DNA of 59,128 nucleotides, filler included. It is 6 parts of 6 records of this genome, joined end to end, with 100 filler letters (N's around TTAATTAATTAA, not from the genome) between each part and the next. Parts side by side here need not be neighbours in the genome. Positions count along the whole stretch, not along the records: positions 1 to 19,485 come from DRR723986_6926; 5 more parts are not named here. One strand, given 5' to 3'. Below, piece after piece: positions 1 through 8,871 of this stretch (position 1 is the first letter of the stretch; every line of letters begins with the position of its first letter). Made by a program: the position numbers and the translations under genes. A model generated the notes under the pieces. The model was not told the origin of the DNA and did no database searches. It worked only from the letters and a program-made list of their open reading frames with translations.

Positions 1-948
1 GACGCCGGCGTTGTCGATCACATCCGTCCAGACCGCGATCTGCCCCTCGATCAGGGCGGTCATCTCCTCGCCGGTCGAGGGGGCGGGCAAGGCGCCCAGC
101 GACTCGATCTTCTCGGCGACCTCGGGGATCGCGAGCGCGGCGTGGATTTCCTCGCGGATGCGGTCGACGATCTCGTCCGGGACGCCGGCCGGCATGCCGA
201 TGCCCGTCCACGAGACGACATCGAAGCCGGGTGCCACGGTTTCGGCCACGGTCGGCACGTCCGGCGAATCCGGCCAGCGCTCGCCCGAGGTGACGGCGAG
301 GATGTCGTAGACCCCCGCATCCGCCTGTGGCCGGATCACCGTCCCGGTGTCGATCACCACATCGACCTCGCCGCCCATCAGGGCCGTCGACGCCGCGGCA
401 CCGCCCTTGTAGGGGATGTGCAGGAACTTGGCGTCGGTGCGCAGGCCCAGAAGCTCGCCGGTCAGGTGCTGGGTCGAGCCGACGCCGGAATGGCCGATCT
501 TGATGGTCCCGGGCGCGGCCTTGGCCGCTTCGATCAGGGCACCCAGCGAGTCGTATTCGCCGGCGCGCGCCGCGACCATGAAGGGAAACTCTCCGACGGT
601 CGACACGAAGGTGAAGTCCTCGATCGAGGCGTAGGGCAGGCTGTTGTAAAGCGCCGCCGCGACCGCGTGACCGCCCACCATCAGCTGCATGGTGTAGCCG
701 TCCGGATCCTCCTTGGCCACGTATCCCGATGCGACGGTGCCGCCTGCACCCGGGCGCGATTCCACCACCACGGGCTGGCCGAGGCTTTGCGCCATCGTTT
801 CTCCAAGGATGCGCGAAACCGTATCGGCGTTGCCGCCCGCACCGAAGCCGTGAACGATGCGCAGCGCGCGGTCCGGGAAATCCTGAGCCGCCACCGGCAG
901 CGCAAGCGCCGCGGCCAGCGGCAATGCGGTGAGTAGTTTCTTGATCAT
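1..948 (-). CDS. tctC: Tripartite tricarboxylate transporter substrate-binding protein (Bug/TctC), 3' end cut by window edge
   Basis: Translated by hand (absent from the ORF track): MIKKLLTALPLAAALALPVAAQDFPDRALRIVHGFGAGGNADTVSR...VVVESRPGAGG...HIPYKGGAAASTALMGGEVD. Signal peptide, GGGAGG RBS, downstream of tctB/tctA. Confidence 0.92.
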   Translation of the reverse strand, partial: MIKKLLTALPLAAALALPVAAQDFPDRALRIVHGFGAGGNADTVSRILGETMAQSLGQPVVVESRPGAGGTVASGYVAKEDPDGYTMQLMVGGHAVAAALYNSLPYASIEDFTFVSTVGEFPFMVAARAGEYDSLGALIEAAKAAPGTIKIGHSGVGSTQHLTGELLGLRTDAKFLHIPYKGGAAASTALMGGEVDVVIDTGTVIRPQADAGVYDILAVTSGERWPDSPDVPTVAETVAPGFDVVSWTGIGMPAGVPDEIVDRIREEIHAALAIPEVAEKIESLGALPAPSTGEEMTALIEGQIAVWTDVIDNAGV

Positions 949-1019
949 CGTCTTCCTCCCAGTTGACTAAGCCCTTGTGTCTGCGACCTGCCCCGGGCTT
1001 GTAAGGGCATGCCGTCCTT

Positions 1020-2522
1020 TCAGGGTGCCGCCCGGCCGAACCGCTTTCGGTTGTGGATGCTGGAGAAGATCGCAAACCCGATGAGCAGCGCCGAAAAGGC
1101 AAAGAGAACCGCGCTGATCGGTCGGGTCAGGAACACTGTAAAATCTCCGCCATACAGCAACATGGTGCGGCGGAAGTTCTCTTCGAGCAGCGGGCCCAGC
1201 ACGAAGCCCAGCAGCAGCGGGGCCGGTTCGAAACGGTAGGACTTCATCAGGTATCCGAGGACCCCGAAGCCAAGGGTCAGGGCGACGTCGGTGACGCTGG
1301 TGCGGTGTGAGTAGACGCCGACGCAGATCATCACCACGATCATCGGATAGAGCTTCTGGTAGGGGATGCGCAGCAGCAGGACCCAAAGCTTGATCAGCGG
1401 GATGTTGATCAGCAGCAGGATGATGTTGCCCACGAAGAAGCTGGCGATGACGCCCCAGAACAGCTCTGGCTGGTCGACCATCAGCCGCGGTCCGGGAACG
1501 ATGCCGTTCAGGATCAGCGCGCCGATGATCAGCGCCATGACTGTATCCCCCGGCACGCCCAGCGTCAGCGTTGGGATGAAACCGGTCTGAGCCGCCGCGT
1601 TGTTGGCGGATTCGGGGGCGGCAAGCCCGGGCAGATGCCCCTCGCCGAATTTCTCCGGGGTCCGCGACAGGCGTTTTTCGATCGGGTAGGCCATGAAAGA
1701 GGCGATGGCCGCCCCGGTCCCCGGCAAGGCGCCGAAGAAGCTTCCGACACCCGATCCCCGCAGGATCGGCATCACCAGCGATCTGGCCTGCGCCCTCGTG
1801 GGGAACACGTCTCTCATGCTGACATTCAGCGGCGGTGCCGCGCGGTCCGACCTGCGGGATGCGTTGCGGATGACCTCGCTGACGCCGAACAGCCCCATCG
1901 CCAGCGACACCAGACTGATGCCGTCGGCCAGTTCGGGCAGCGCCACGAAACGGTAGTAGCCCGTGGTCGCATCCGCCCCGACAAGCCCCAGCCCGACGCC
2001 GAGCACCACCATGGCAAAGGCCCGCAACTGCGAGCCGGAGCCGACCATCGACGCCGCGAGCAGCCCCAGGATCACCAGCATCGCATATTCGGGCGCCCCG
2101 AACTTCAGCGCGATGACGGTCATCGGGATCGCCGCAAGAACAAGGATCGCCACGCCCATCATGCCACCGCAGAACGAGGCCAGCGCCGCCACGAACAGCG
2201 CCAGCCCGGCCCGGTTGCTCTGCGCCAGCGGGTAGCCTTCGAGGCAGGTCACCACGGACGACGGCGTACCCGGCAGGTTGAGCAGGATCGACGCGATGGA
2301 GCCGCCATATTGCGACCCGTAGTAGATCCCCGCCAGAAGGATCATAGAAGTCGTCGCATCGAGGTAGAAGGTCACCGGCAACAGCAGGGAGATCGCCGTG
2401 ATGGCGCCCACCCCCGGCAGAACCCCGATCAGCTGCCCGATGAATACTCCGAAGAAGGCATAGATCAGGATCTCGGGTTGCAGCACCACGGAGAGCCCAA
2501 GCATGAACTGGTCGATCATCAT
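1020..2522 (-). CDS. tctA: Tripartite tricarboxylate transporter permease TctA
   Basis: GVLPGVG, YYGSQYGGSIASILLNLPG and APESANNAAAQTGFIPTLTLGVPG motifs. Start overlaps the tctB stop (TAATG). Confidence 0.95.
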   Translation of the reverse strand: MMIDQFMLGLSVVLQPEILIYAFFGVFIGQLIGVLPGVGAITAISLLLPVTFYLDATTSMILLAGIYYGSQYGGSIASILLNLPGTPSSVVTCLEGYPLAQSNRAGLALFVAALASFCGGMMGVAILVLAAIPMTVIALKFGAPEYAMLVILGLLAASMVGSGSQLRAFAMVVLGVGLGLVGADATTGYYRFVALPELADGISLVSLAMGLFGVSEVIRNASRRSDRAAPPLNVSMRDVFPTRAQARSLVMPILRGSGVGSFFGALPGTGAAIASFMAYPIEKRLSRTPEKFGEGHLPGLAAPESANNAAAQTGFIPTLTLGVPGDTVMALIIGALILNGIVPGPRLMVDQPELFWGVIASFFVGNIILLLINIPLIKLWVLLLRIPYQKLYPMIVVMICVGVYSHRTSVTDVALTLGFGVLGYLMKSYRFEPAPLLLGFVLGPLLEENFRRTMLLYGGDFTVFLTRPISAVLFAFSALLIGFAIFSSIHNRKRFGRAAP

Positions 2523-2989
2523 TACCTCCAGAACGCCGAGATCGGCAGCTCGAGCGCGACGAGGAAAAGCAGCCACCCAAGGCCCGTGCCCACCGTGCTG
2601 TAGATCAGCACCGAGAGGGGCCGGGCCTTGTCATCGGCGAACATCGAAACCGCGAAGGCCAGAAACATCGACGGGATCAGCCCGGCACGTTCGATCAGCA
2701 CGGCGAACAGCACGATGGCGGCCGAGACGAAGATCAGCCCGCGCCAGTGCATGGTGCCGTCCCCGTCACGCTCCGGGGTGGTCAGATCCACGAGGATGAT
2801 CGCCAGCGCGAGGCAAATGATCAGGACGCCGACGGTGCGCGGGATGAACCCCGGACCCATCTGGGCCACCGTGCCCACCGGATAGCCCCATGCAAAGGCC
2901 AGCACCGCGCATCCCACGGCCAGCAGCACGCCACCGCTGAGGGCGCGGCGGGCCGCACTCGGTTGGGTCTGGTCTGCTGGTTCTGCCAA
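2522..2989 (-). CDS. tctB: Tripartite tricarboxylate transporter TctB
   Basis: About 155 aa with four hydrophobic segments and a GTVAQMGPGFIP motif. TTG start at 2989 follows GGGAGG. Confidence 0.88.
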   Translation of the reverse strand: MAEPADQTQPSAARRALSGGVLLAVGCAVLAFAWGYPVGTVAQMGPGFIPRTVGVLIICLALAIILVDLTTPERDGDGTMHWRGLIFVSAAIVLFAVLIERAGLIPSMFLAFAVSMFADDKARPLSVLIYSTVGTGLGWLLFLVALELPISAFWR

Positions 2990-3023
2990 TGGTTCCTCCC
3001 AAGAACGGTGACGGTGGTGACGA

Positions 3024-4079
3024 TCAGGGCGCGGTTGGTGTCGAGGCCTCTGGCGCCAGCGGCTCCGGGCCCGGTATCCCCAATCTTTCGGCAAGCACGG
3101 CCAGACGCGTCAAGGTGCCCTCCGCGACGGGGATGCCCTCCTGCATCCGCGTGGCGGACAGGCGGAAGCCGCGCTCTCCCGGCAACAGGATCTCGTCGGT
3201 TTCGGGGGCCTTCGGAAGGCCTTTCAGCCGCGCCGCCAGATCGGTCATGTGATCGGCAAAGACATCCGCCGCGCCAAAGGCATCGACCTTGATCGCCAGC
3301 GCGGCCCCGTTCATCGCGCCCTTGCCTCCTCCCAGCACGGTCGAGATCACCGGGTTGCCGATCAGCACGCTCGACAGCACCTCGATCATCAGCGACAGCC
3401 CCGACCCCTTCGGCCCACCCAGCGGCGTCAGGGTCTCGACCTGCGCGGGGTCGGTCGCCGGCGCGCCGGTGGCGTCGATGGCCCAGCCCTTCGGGATCGC
3501 GGTCATGGCGTCCCTTGCGTGAAGGATCTTGCCAAGCGCAACGGTCGAGGTCGACATGTCCAGCAGCACCGGACGCCCCGGAGCGGGGACCGCTATGGAA
3601 ATCGGATTGGTCGACACCCCCGACACCCGCGCGCCATGATAGGCCATCAAGGGGCCCGAGGCGGTCATCACCAGCCCGATGCAGCCGCGTTCGGCGGCCC
3701 GCAGCGCGAAATAGCCCACCGCCCCGGCATGGGTGATGTTGCGCGCCGAGCACCAGCCGATGTTGCAGCGGGCGGCCGTGTCGATGGCGGCATCCATCGC
3801 CTGCACCATCGCCGAGGCGCCCGGGGCGCGCGCCGCGTCCAGAACGGAGACGGCCCCCTCCTGCATCGTGAGGGCCGGCTCTGCGACGGGGTCGATGATA
3901 CCCTGCTCGACCATTTCCAGATAACGCGGGATGCGCAGCACCCCGTGCGAATTCGCCCCGCGCGCATTGGCCCAGACCAGAATGTCCGCCGTGCGTTCGG
4001 CATGATGGGGAGCATAGCCCCCGGCCCGCAGCAGGCTCGAGGCATAGGCCCTGAGATCCTCTGCGCGGAAGACGGTCAT
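3024..4079 (-). CDS. Ldh_2 family (AllD/ComC/DlgD-like) NAD(P)-dependent dehydrogenase
   Basis: ARGANSHGVLRIPRY, THAGAVGYF, STNPISIA, LDMSTS and PLGGPKGSGL motifs. ATGA overlap with the upstream hydrolase. Confidence 0.9.
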   Translation of the reverse strand: MTVFRAEDLRAYASSLLRAGGYAPHHAERTADILVWANARGANSHGVLRIPRYLEMVEQGIIDPVAEPALTMQEGAVSVLDAARAPGASAMVQAMDAAIDTAARCNIGWCSARNITHAGAVGYFALRAAERGCIGLVMTASGPLMAYHGARVSGVSTNPISIAVPAPGRPVLLDMSTSTVALGKILHARDAMTAIPKGWAIDATGAPATDPAQVETLTPLGGPKGSGLSLMIEVLSSVLIGNPVISTVLGGGKGAMNGAALAIKVDAFGAADVFADHMTDLAARLKGLPKAPETDEILLPGERGFRLSATRMQEGIPVAEGTLTRLAVLAERLGIPGPEPLAPEASTPTAP

Positions 4080-4963
4080 GCCTCGGCGCCAAGCGGCGTG
4101 GGGAAGAACTTCTTCAGCCAAGCGTGGATGAGGGCGCGGGTGTGCGGCGCGTCCTTTTCCGACAGCGGGAAATGCGACACGCCGGTCGGGATCATCAGCT
4201 CGGCATTGGCACCGGCCTTCTGGAACAGGCTGATCGACTGTTCCATCGGCGTGATCACGTCGCCTGCGGTGTGGAACAGCAGCAGCGGGCGCGGCGCGAT
4301 ATCGGCCACCACATCCTCGGCCCGGAAATTGTACATGGAGATCGCGGTCTCCACCGGCACCTCGAACTGGGCGTGGGGCGACAGGTTCTTGCGCAGCTCT
4401 TCGGGGATCGGCACCACGTCGAAGCGCGAAACCCACAGGCTTTCGCCGGTCTCCGCCTTGTGCCGGCGACCCTTTTCAAGGATGCCGGTGAACTTCTCCC
4501 AGGCTTCGGGCGTCGGATGCTGACCCCGGAACTTGCGTTCCCCGTCGCCCCAGCCGCACAGCGACAGGACGCAGGCCACCCGCCGGTCGACGCCACCGGT
4601 GAAAATCGCCACGGCCGCGCCGAAGCTGTGTCCCGTGACGCCGATACGGTCCGGGTCCACCTCTTCGCGCTGCGAGATGAAGGTCAGCGCGTTGCGGGTA
4701 TCGGCCACCTGATCGTGGCAGCGGACCTCGCCGCGCGCGCCCTCGGACTGGCCGCAGCCGCGGAAGTCGATGCGAAAGACGCAGTAGCCCATCTCTTCGA
4801 TCATTCTGGCGACGAGTTCGACGTGGGACTTGTCCTTGGTGCCGACGAACCCATGCAGAACGATGAACGTGGGCAGCCGCTGCCCGGGCTTGCGGCCCTC
4901 GGGCACGTGAAGCACGCCCGAAAGCTGCAGACCATCCGACATGAACGTAAGGGGATGTTCCAT
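4076..4963 (-). CDS. Alpha/beta hydrolase (S9/S15-like, YcjY/AidA-type)
   Basis: LHGF, IDFRGCGQSEG, nucleophile elbow DRIGVTGHSFG, catalytic Asp (GDVITP) and His (VSHF). Confidence 0.88.
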   Translation of the reverse strand: MEHPLTFMSDGLQLSGVLHVPEGRKPGQRLPTFIVLHGFVGTKDKSHVELVARMIEEMGYCVFRIDFRGCGQSEGARGEVRCHDQVADTRNALTFISQREEVDPDRIGVTGHSFGAAVAIFTGGVDRRVACVLSLCGWGDGERKFRGQHPTPEAWEKFTGILEKGRRHKAETGESLWVSRFDVVPIPEELRKNLSPHAQFEVPVETAISMYNFRAEDVVADIAPRPLLLFHTAGDVITPMEQSISLFQKAGANAELMIPTGVSHFPLSEKDAPHTRALIHAWLKKFFPTPLGAEA

Positions 4964-4987
4964 CTATACCTGCCTCATCCTAGTCGA

Positions 4988-5557
4988 TCAGGGCGCCGCC
5001 TTGGGGCGCGTCCATGCGTTGCAGAAGGTCGCGAAGGCCGAGAGATGCCCGCGCAGAAAGGTCTCGGTCTCGGGGTTGGTGATGCGCCCCGCCTCGACGT
5101 CCAGCTTGGTCTTGGCCAAGGCGATCTGCACCTCGGGCTTGGCCATCACCAGCATGTCCTGAGACAGAAGCGTATGGCGCAGCGCCTCGTGCACGCGGGC
5201 ACCCCCCAGCAGGCCGGGAGACACGCTCCAGATCGCGACGGGCTTGTGGGCAAGCGGGCTGGGCGTGCGGCGCGACAGCCAGTCGATTGCGTTCTTCAGA
5301 CCGCCCGGGATCGACCAGTTGTATTCGGGCGTGACGATCAGCAGGGCGTCGACGCCATCCACCGCGTCGATCATGGCGGCGACGCTGTCCGGCATGCCCT
5401 CGTCCAGAACGTCCTGATCGAACAGGGGCAGGCTGCCGGGGTTCGGCAGCGCGACGGGCTCCATCCCGTCCGGCAGCAGACCCGCTGCGGCGCGCGCCGC
5501 GGCCCGTGACAGGGAGGCACGGCGCAGAGAGCCTTCGAGGATGCCGAGTTTGGTCAT
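4988..5557 (-). CDS. NADPH-dependent FMN reductase (ChrR/SsuE-like flavodoxin fold)
   Basis: GSLRRASLS, TPEYNWSIPGGLKNAIDWLSR and SPGLLGGAR motifs. Confidence 0.92.
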   Translation of the reverse strand: MTKLGILEGSLRRASLSRAAARAAAGLLPDGMEPVALPNPGSLPLFDQDVLDEGMPDSVAAMIDAVDGVDALLIVTPEYNWSIPGGLKNAIDWLSRRTPSPLAHKPVAIWSVSPGLLGGARVHEALRHTLLSQDMLVMAKPEVQIALAKTKLDVEAGRITNPETETFLRGHLSAFATFCNAWTRPKAAP

Positions 5558-5578
5558 GAGATGATCCTCTTCGATGCG

Positions 5579-6484
5579 TCAGGCCGCGGGCGCGGCCCAG
5601 GGGAAATGATGTTCACGCCACGGCAGCGGCGCGGGCTCACCCCAGACATTCATGACGCGGACGTTTTCGGGGCGCTTCAGCGCGGTGATGACGTTGGGCT
5701 CGTAGCGGTCGTCATCGTTGATCAGGGCCATGCCACCGGCGCATTCGACCATCGCCCCGCAGGTGTCGACGTAATAGGCGTAGGTGTTGTCGCCCGGACG
5801 GTGCCGCCCCGGCCCCCAGATGAAGTTCTTTTCGACCGTGTCCAGCCGGTCCCCAAGCGCGCAATAGGCGGAGAATTCCGGCACCTCCCACGAGTAATGG
5901 TGCAGCCCCGTGGCGCCCCGTACGATCCCGAGGATGTGATGCAGGCGGTTCGCGCCCCGCATCCAGCTCAGGCCGTCATCGACCATGCGCTCGGACAGGC
6001 GCATTCCCATGATGGCTTCCATCTGGGCCCGGGTCGCGGCCGGGTCCGGCGAGGTGATGTTCACATGGTCCAGCCGCAGCGGAGCCATGCCGGGCGTCGG
6101 ATGGCGCCCGCCGTAGATCTCCGTCGCCACCGGCGAATGAAGCTCGAAGCTGTGTCCCTGCGGCGTCACGAACTGCATCCCCGTAACGCAGCAATCGAGG
6201 CTCGGCTCGCGAGAGACCAGCGTGCAGCCTGCGGCTTCGACGCGGTCGGCGGCCTCGGCCACGGCGGCCTCCGACACGGCCTCGAACCCAAGCGAGCGGA
6301 TGGCGTTTTCACCCGAGCGATGCAGGACGAGTTCCGCCGCGCGGCCGTTGGACGACAGCCAGACGCAGTCCGGCGTTTCGCGTGTGACGCGCAGGCCAAG
6401 GATGTCGCAGGATTCCCGCACCAAAGCCTCGACGTCGACGACGTTCAACTGAACGTGCCCCATCGCGTTCACCAAGTAGCTCAC
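5579..6484 (-). CDS. Two-domain VOC extradiol ring-cleavage dioxygenase (catechol 2,3-dioxygenase-like)
   Basis: MGHVQLNV, RLDHVNI, LHHYSW and WGPGRHRPGDNTYAYYVDTCGAMVE give the His/His/Glu metal ligands. GTG start follows GGGGAGG. Confidence 0.85.
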   Translation of the reverse strand: MSYLVNAMGHVQLNVVDVEALVRESCDILGLRVTRETPDCVWLSSNGRAAELVLHRSGENAIRSLGFEAVSEAAVAEAADRVEAAGCTLVSREPSLDCCVTGMQFVTPQGHSFELHSPVATEIYGGRHPTPGMAPLRLDHVNITSPDPAATRAQMEAIMGMRLSERMVDDGLSWMRGANRLHHILGIVRGATGLHHYSWEVPEFSAYCALGDRLDTVEKNFIWGPGRHRPGDNTYAYYVDTCGAMVECAGGMALINDDDRYEPNVITALKRPENVRVMNVWGEPAPLPWREHHFPWAAPAA

Positions 6485-6543
6485 CGCTGCATCCTCCCCT
6501 GCTGCTTTTTCATGACCTAGCACGCATTTTCCGCGCTCACAAG

Positions 6544-6574
6544 GATTTTCGAAAATCTTGCTATTCTCGAATTT
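6544..6574. promoter_or_regulatory. Putative GntR operator pair upstream of the dioxygenase
   Basis: Perfect palindrome GATTTTCGAAAATC (6544-6557) plus a weaker copy ATTCTCGAATTT starting 18 bp after the first ATTTTCG. Confidence 0.65.
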
Positions 6575-6590
6575 TGACCCGGCGCGGCGC

Positions 6591-7436
6591 TTAGTCTTCG
6601 GCCTCGACGACGTTCGACAAGGTGCCGATGCCCTCGATCTCGATGTCGACGCGGTCCCCCGGCGACAGGAATTCGGGCGGCTTCCTGGTGATGCCGAACC
6701 CCGTGCAGGTTCCGGTCACGATCACATCGCCCGGCGCCAGAGGCGCGAAGGTGGAGACGTAGGAAATCAGGTAGGGCACGTCGAAGATCATCCGCGCGGT
6801 ATTGGTGCGCTGCTTCTCCACACCGTTGATTCGCGTGACCAGCGACAGCCCGTCCGCGAAACCCGGAAGATCCCGTGCCGGCACCATCCACGGCCCGAAG
6901 GCCCCCGTTCCGACGAAGTTCTTTCCCGGCGTGAACTGATGCGAATGCTTCTGCCAGTCGCGCACGCTGGCATCGTTGTAGATGGAAAACCCGGCCACAT
7001 GCTCCTTCGCCCGGCTGGCCGGGATGTGCCGCCCTCCGGTCCCGACGATGACGGCAAGCTCTCCTTCGAAATCGAGCTTCCGGGACGAGCGCGGCTGCAC
7101 CAGCGGCGCGCCATGGCCGATCTGCGACGAGGGCAGGCGCAGGAACAGGACCGGATAGTCCGGCACCTTGTCCGAATCCGCGCCCGGTTCATGGTAGTTG
7201 ATCGCCGCCGCCACGATCATGGCGGGATCGGGAATCACCGGCGCAAAACGGATCTGGTCCAGCGGCACCTCGGGCCGATCCAGCCCCGTCAGAACCTCGG
7301 GCGGCAGGCCCGCCGCGATATAGGACTTGAGATCCGGAAACGTCCGGGCATGTCGCGCCCCCAGATCGACGAGCCCATCCCCGACAACCGCCCCCCATGA
7401 GGCGCGCCCCTCGCGCAGAAAAGACAGCAGTCGCAT
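6591..7436 (-). CDS. Fumarylacetoacetate hydrolase family protein
   Basis: LDFEGELAVIVG, YNDASVRDWQ, GKNF, FGPW and PGDVIVTGT motifs. Start at MRLLSF (7436). Confidence 0.93.
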   Translation of the reverse strand: MRLLSFLREGRASWGAVVGDGLVDLGARHARTFPDLKSYIAAGLPPEVLTGLDRPEVPLDQIRFAPVIPDPAMIVAAAINYHEPGADSDKVPDYPVLFLRLPSSQIGHGAPLVQPRSSRKLDFEGELAVIVGTGGRHIPASRAKEHVAGFSIYNDASVRDWQKHSHQFTPGKNFVGTGAFGPWMVPARDLPGFADGLSLVTRINGVEKQRTNTARMIFDVPYLISYVSTFAPLAPGDVIVTGTCTGFGITRKPPEFLSPGDRVDIEIEGIGTLSNVVEAED

Positions 7437-7450
7437 TCTGGTTCCTTCAC

Positions 7451-7491
7451 ATTTTCGAAAAAAAGCATATTCTTGAAAAATGAAAGTGCAA
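7451..7491 (-). promoter_or_regulatory. Second putative GntR operator pair overlapping a sigma70-like promoter of the FAH gene
   Basis: ATTTTCGAAAAA (7451) and ATTCTTGAAAAA (7469) have the same 18-bp offset as the 6545/6563 pair. Minus strand reads TTGCAC-N16-TATGCT. Confidence 0.6.
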
Positions 7492-7605
7492 AGCGGAAAC
7501 CCTCGGGCAATGTTCAAGATCGGAATCTTCGGATATTCCAAGTCCCGGCACAGGGTGTCATGCGCCTGCCCCCGTGGCGCCAAGCAACCAGACAAGGAGT
7601 GATGC

Positions 7606-8304
7606 GTGACCCCCAGCAGCTTGAACCCGGCAAGCCGCCGCACAGCCAAGGCCGAGGCCACGGGCGAACGCGATGTGCTGACCCGCCTGCGCACGGATAT
7701 CGTCAGCAGCGTCTTCCAGCCGGAAACCCGCCTGAAATTCGCGGACATGACGAAACGCTATGACGTGGGCATCGGCACGCTGCGCGAGGCGCTGTCGCAA
7801 CTGTCCTCGGAGGGCTTCGTGACCGTCGAAGCGGGCAAGGGGTTCAAGGTCGCCCCGGTCTCTGCCGCCGAGCTGGTCGAGATCACCGATCACTTCATCT
7901 CCTTCGAGACGCGGGCCGTCCGCGAGGCGATCGAGTTCGGGGGCGAGGATTGGGAAACCAATATCGTGGCCATGCACCACCGGCTGAGCCTGATCGAAGG
8001 CCTGCCATGGGAAAGGCGGATGGAACGGCACGCGGAATGGGTGGATCGCCACCGCGAGTTCCACGAGGCCATCGTTGCCGCCTGCCGGGGTCAATGGCTG
8101 TTCCGCCTGCGGTCCATCATGTTCGACCAGCTCGACAGGTATCGCTTCGTCACGAAACGCGCCCCCGAGGGCATCGGCGGCCAGAAGTTCGCCGAGCATC
8201 GTGCGATCATGGAGGCGACGCTGGCCCGCGACGCGGATCTGGCCGCGCGCCTGATCGAGGAACACTTCCGCGACACCTCGGAGCGCGCGATAAAACTGCT
8301 CTGA
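7606..8304 (+). CDS. GntR family transcriptional regulator (wHTH + FCD)
   Basis: YDVGIGTLREALSQLSSEGFV helix-turn-helix; HREFHEAI and EHRAIMEA FCD motifs. AAGGAG RBS before GTG; divergent from the catabolic genes. Confidence 0.93.
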   Translation: MTPSSLNPASRRTAKAEATGERDVLTRLRTDIVSSVFQPETRLKFADMTKRYDVGIGTLREALSQLSSEGFVTVEAGKGFKVAPVSAAELVEITDHFISFETRAVREAIEFGGEDWETNIVAMHHRLSLIEGLPWERRMERHAEWVDRHREFHEAIVAACRGQWLFRLRSIMFDQLDRYRFVTKRAPEGIGGQKFAEHRAIMEATLARDADLAARLIEEHFRDTSERAIKLL

Positions 8305-8871
8305 CCGGCGCGCAGGGTCACGACAGGGGTCCGTTGCTCCGCCCAGACCACGGCGCAGGGCCGAGCGGTTCAGGTTCCTTTCGAGGTCGTCCGGCGGGCA
8401 AGGCCCGGCGTTCGATGTGGGAGCGGTGACGGGATCGATTCGCGCAAGGCGCGAGCCCGCACGGCGGCTTGAAACCGTGCCGACCGGCTTCGGGACGCAT
8501 GACGCCCTTAAATGCGAAAGGCGGCGAGACCGGCGCAGCCGCATCGCGCTCACCTTCGCCCGTCGGAACCGCCAGCGCCGTGTGGCAAGGTGACCCGGCA
8601 GAGGCCCGAAAGCCATCGGCTCCGCCATCCCTCCCCCGGCAATCGTTCCACGCGACCAGAGCCGAAGCCCCCCTTCCGGCGGCAACCGTCGCGCAAACCC
8701 GCGCAAAATTCGGCCGTAACGCCAACACGATACAGCCCGCCCTTAAACCCGGGATCAGCCTGCCCGGCCCGGGGAGCGCAGTCTCAACCACCAATTTTCG
8801 CGGGCAAAGTTCGACCCTGCCAATTGACATCGGCCCCGCTCTTGACAGAGGTTCCGGCCAGACGCCGCACC

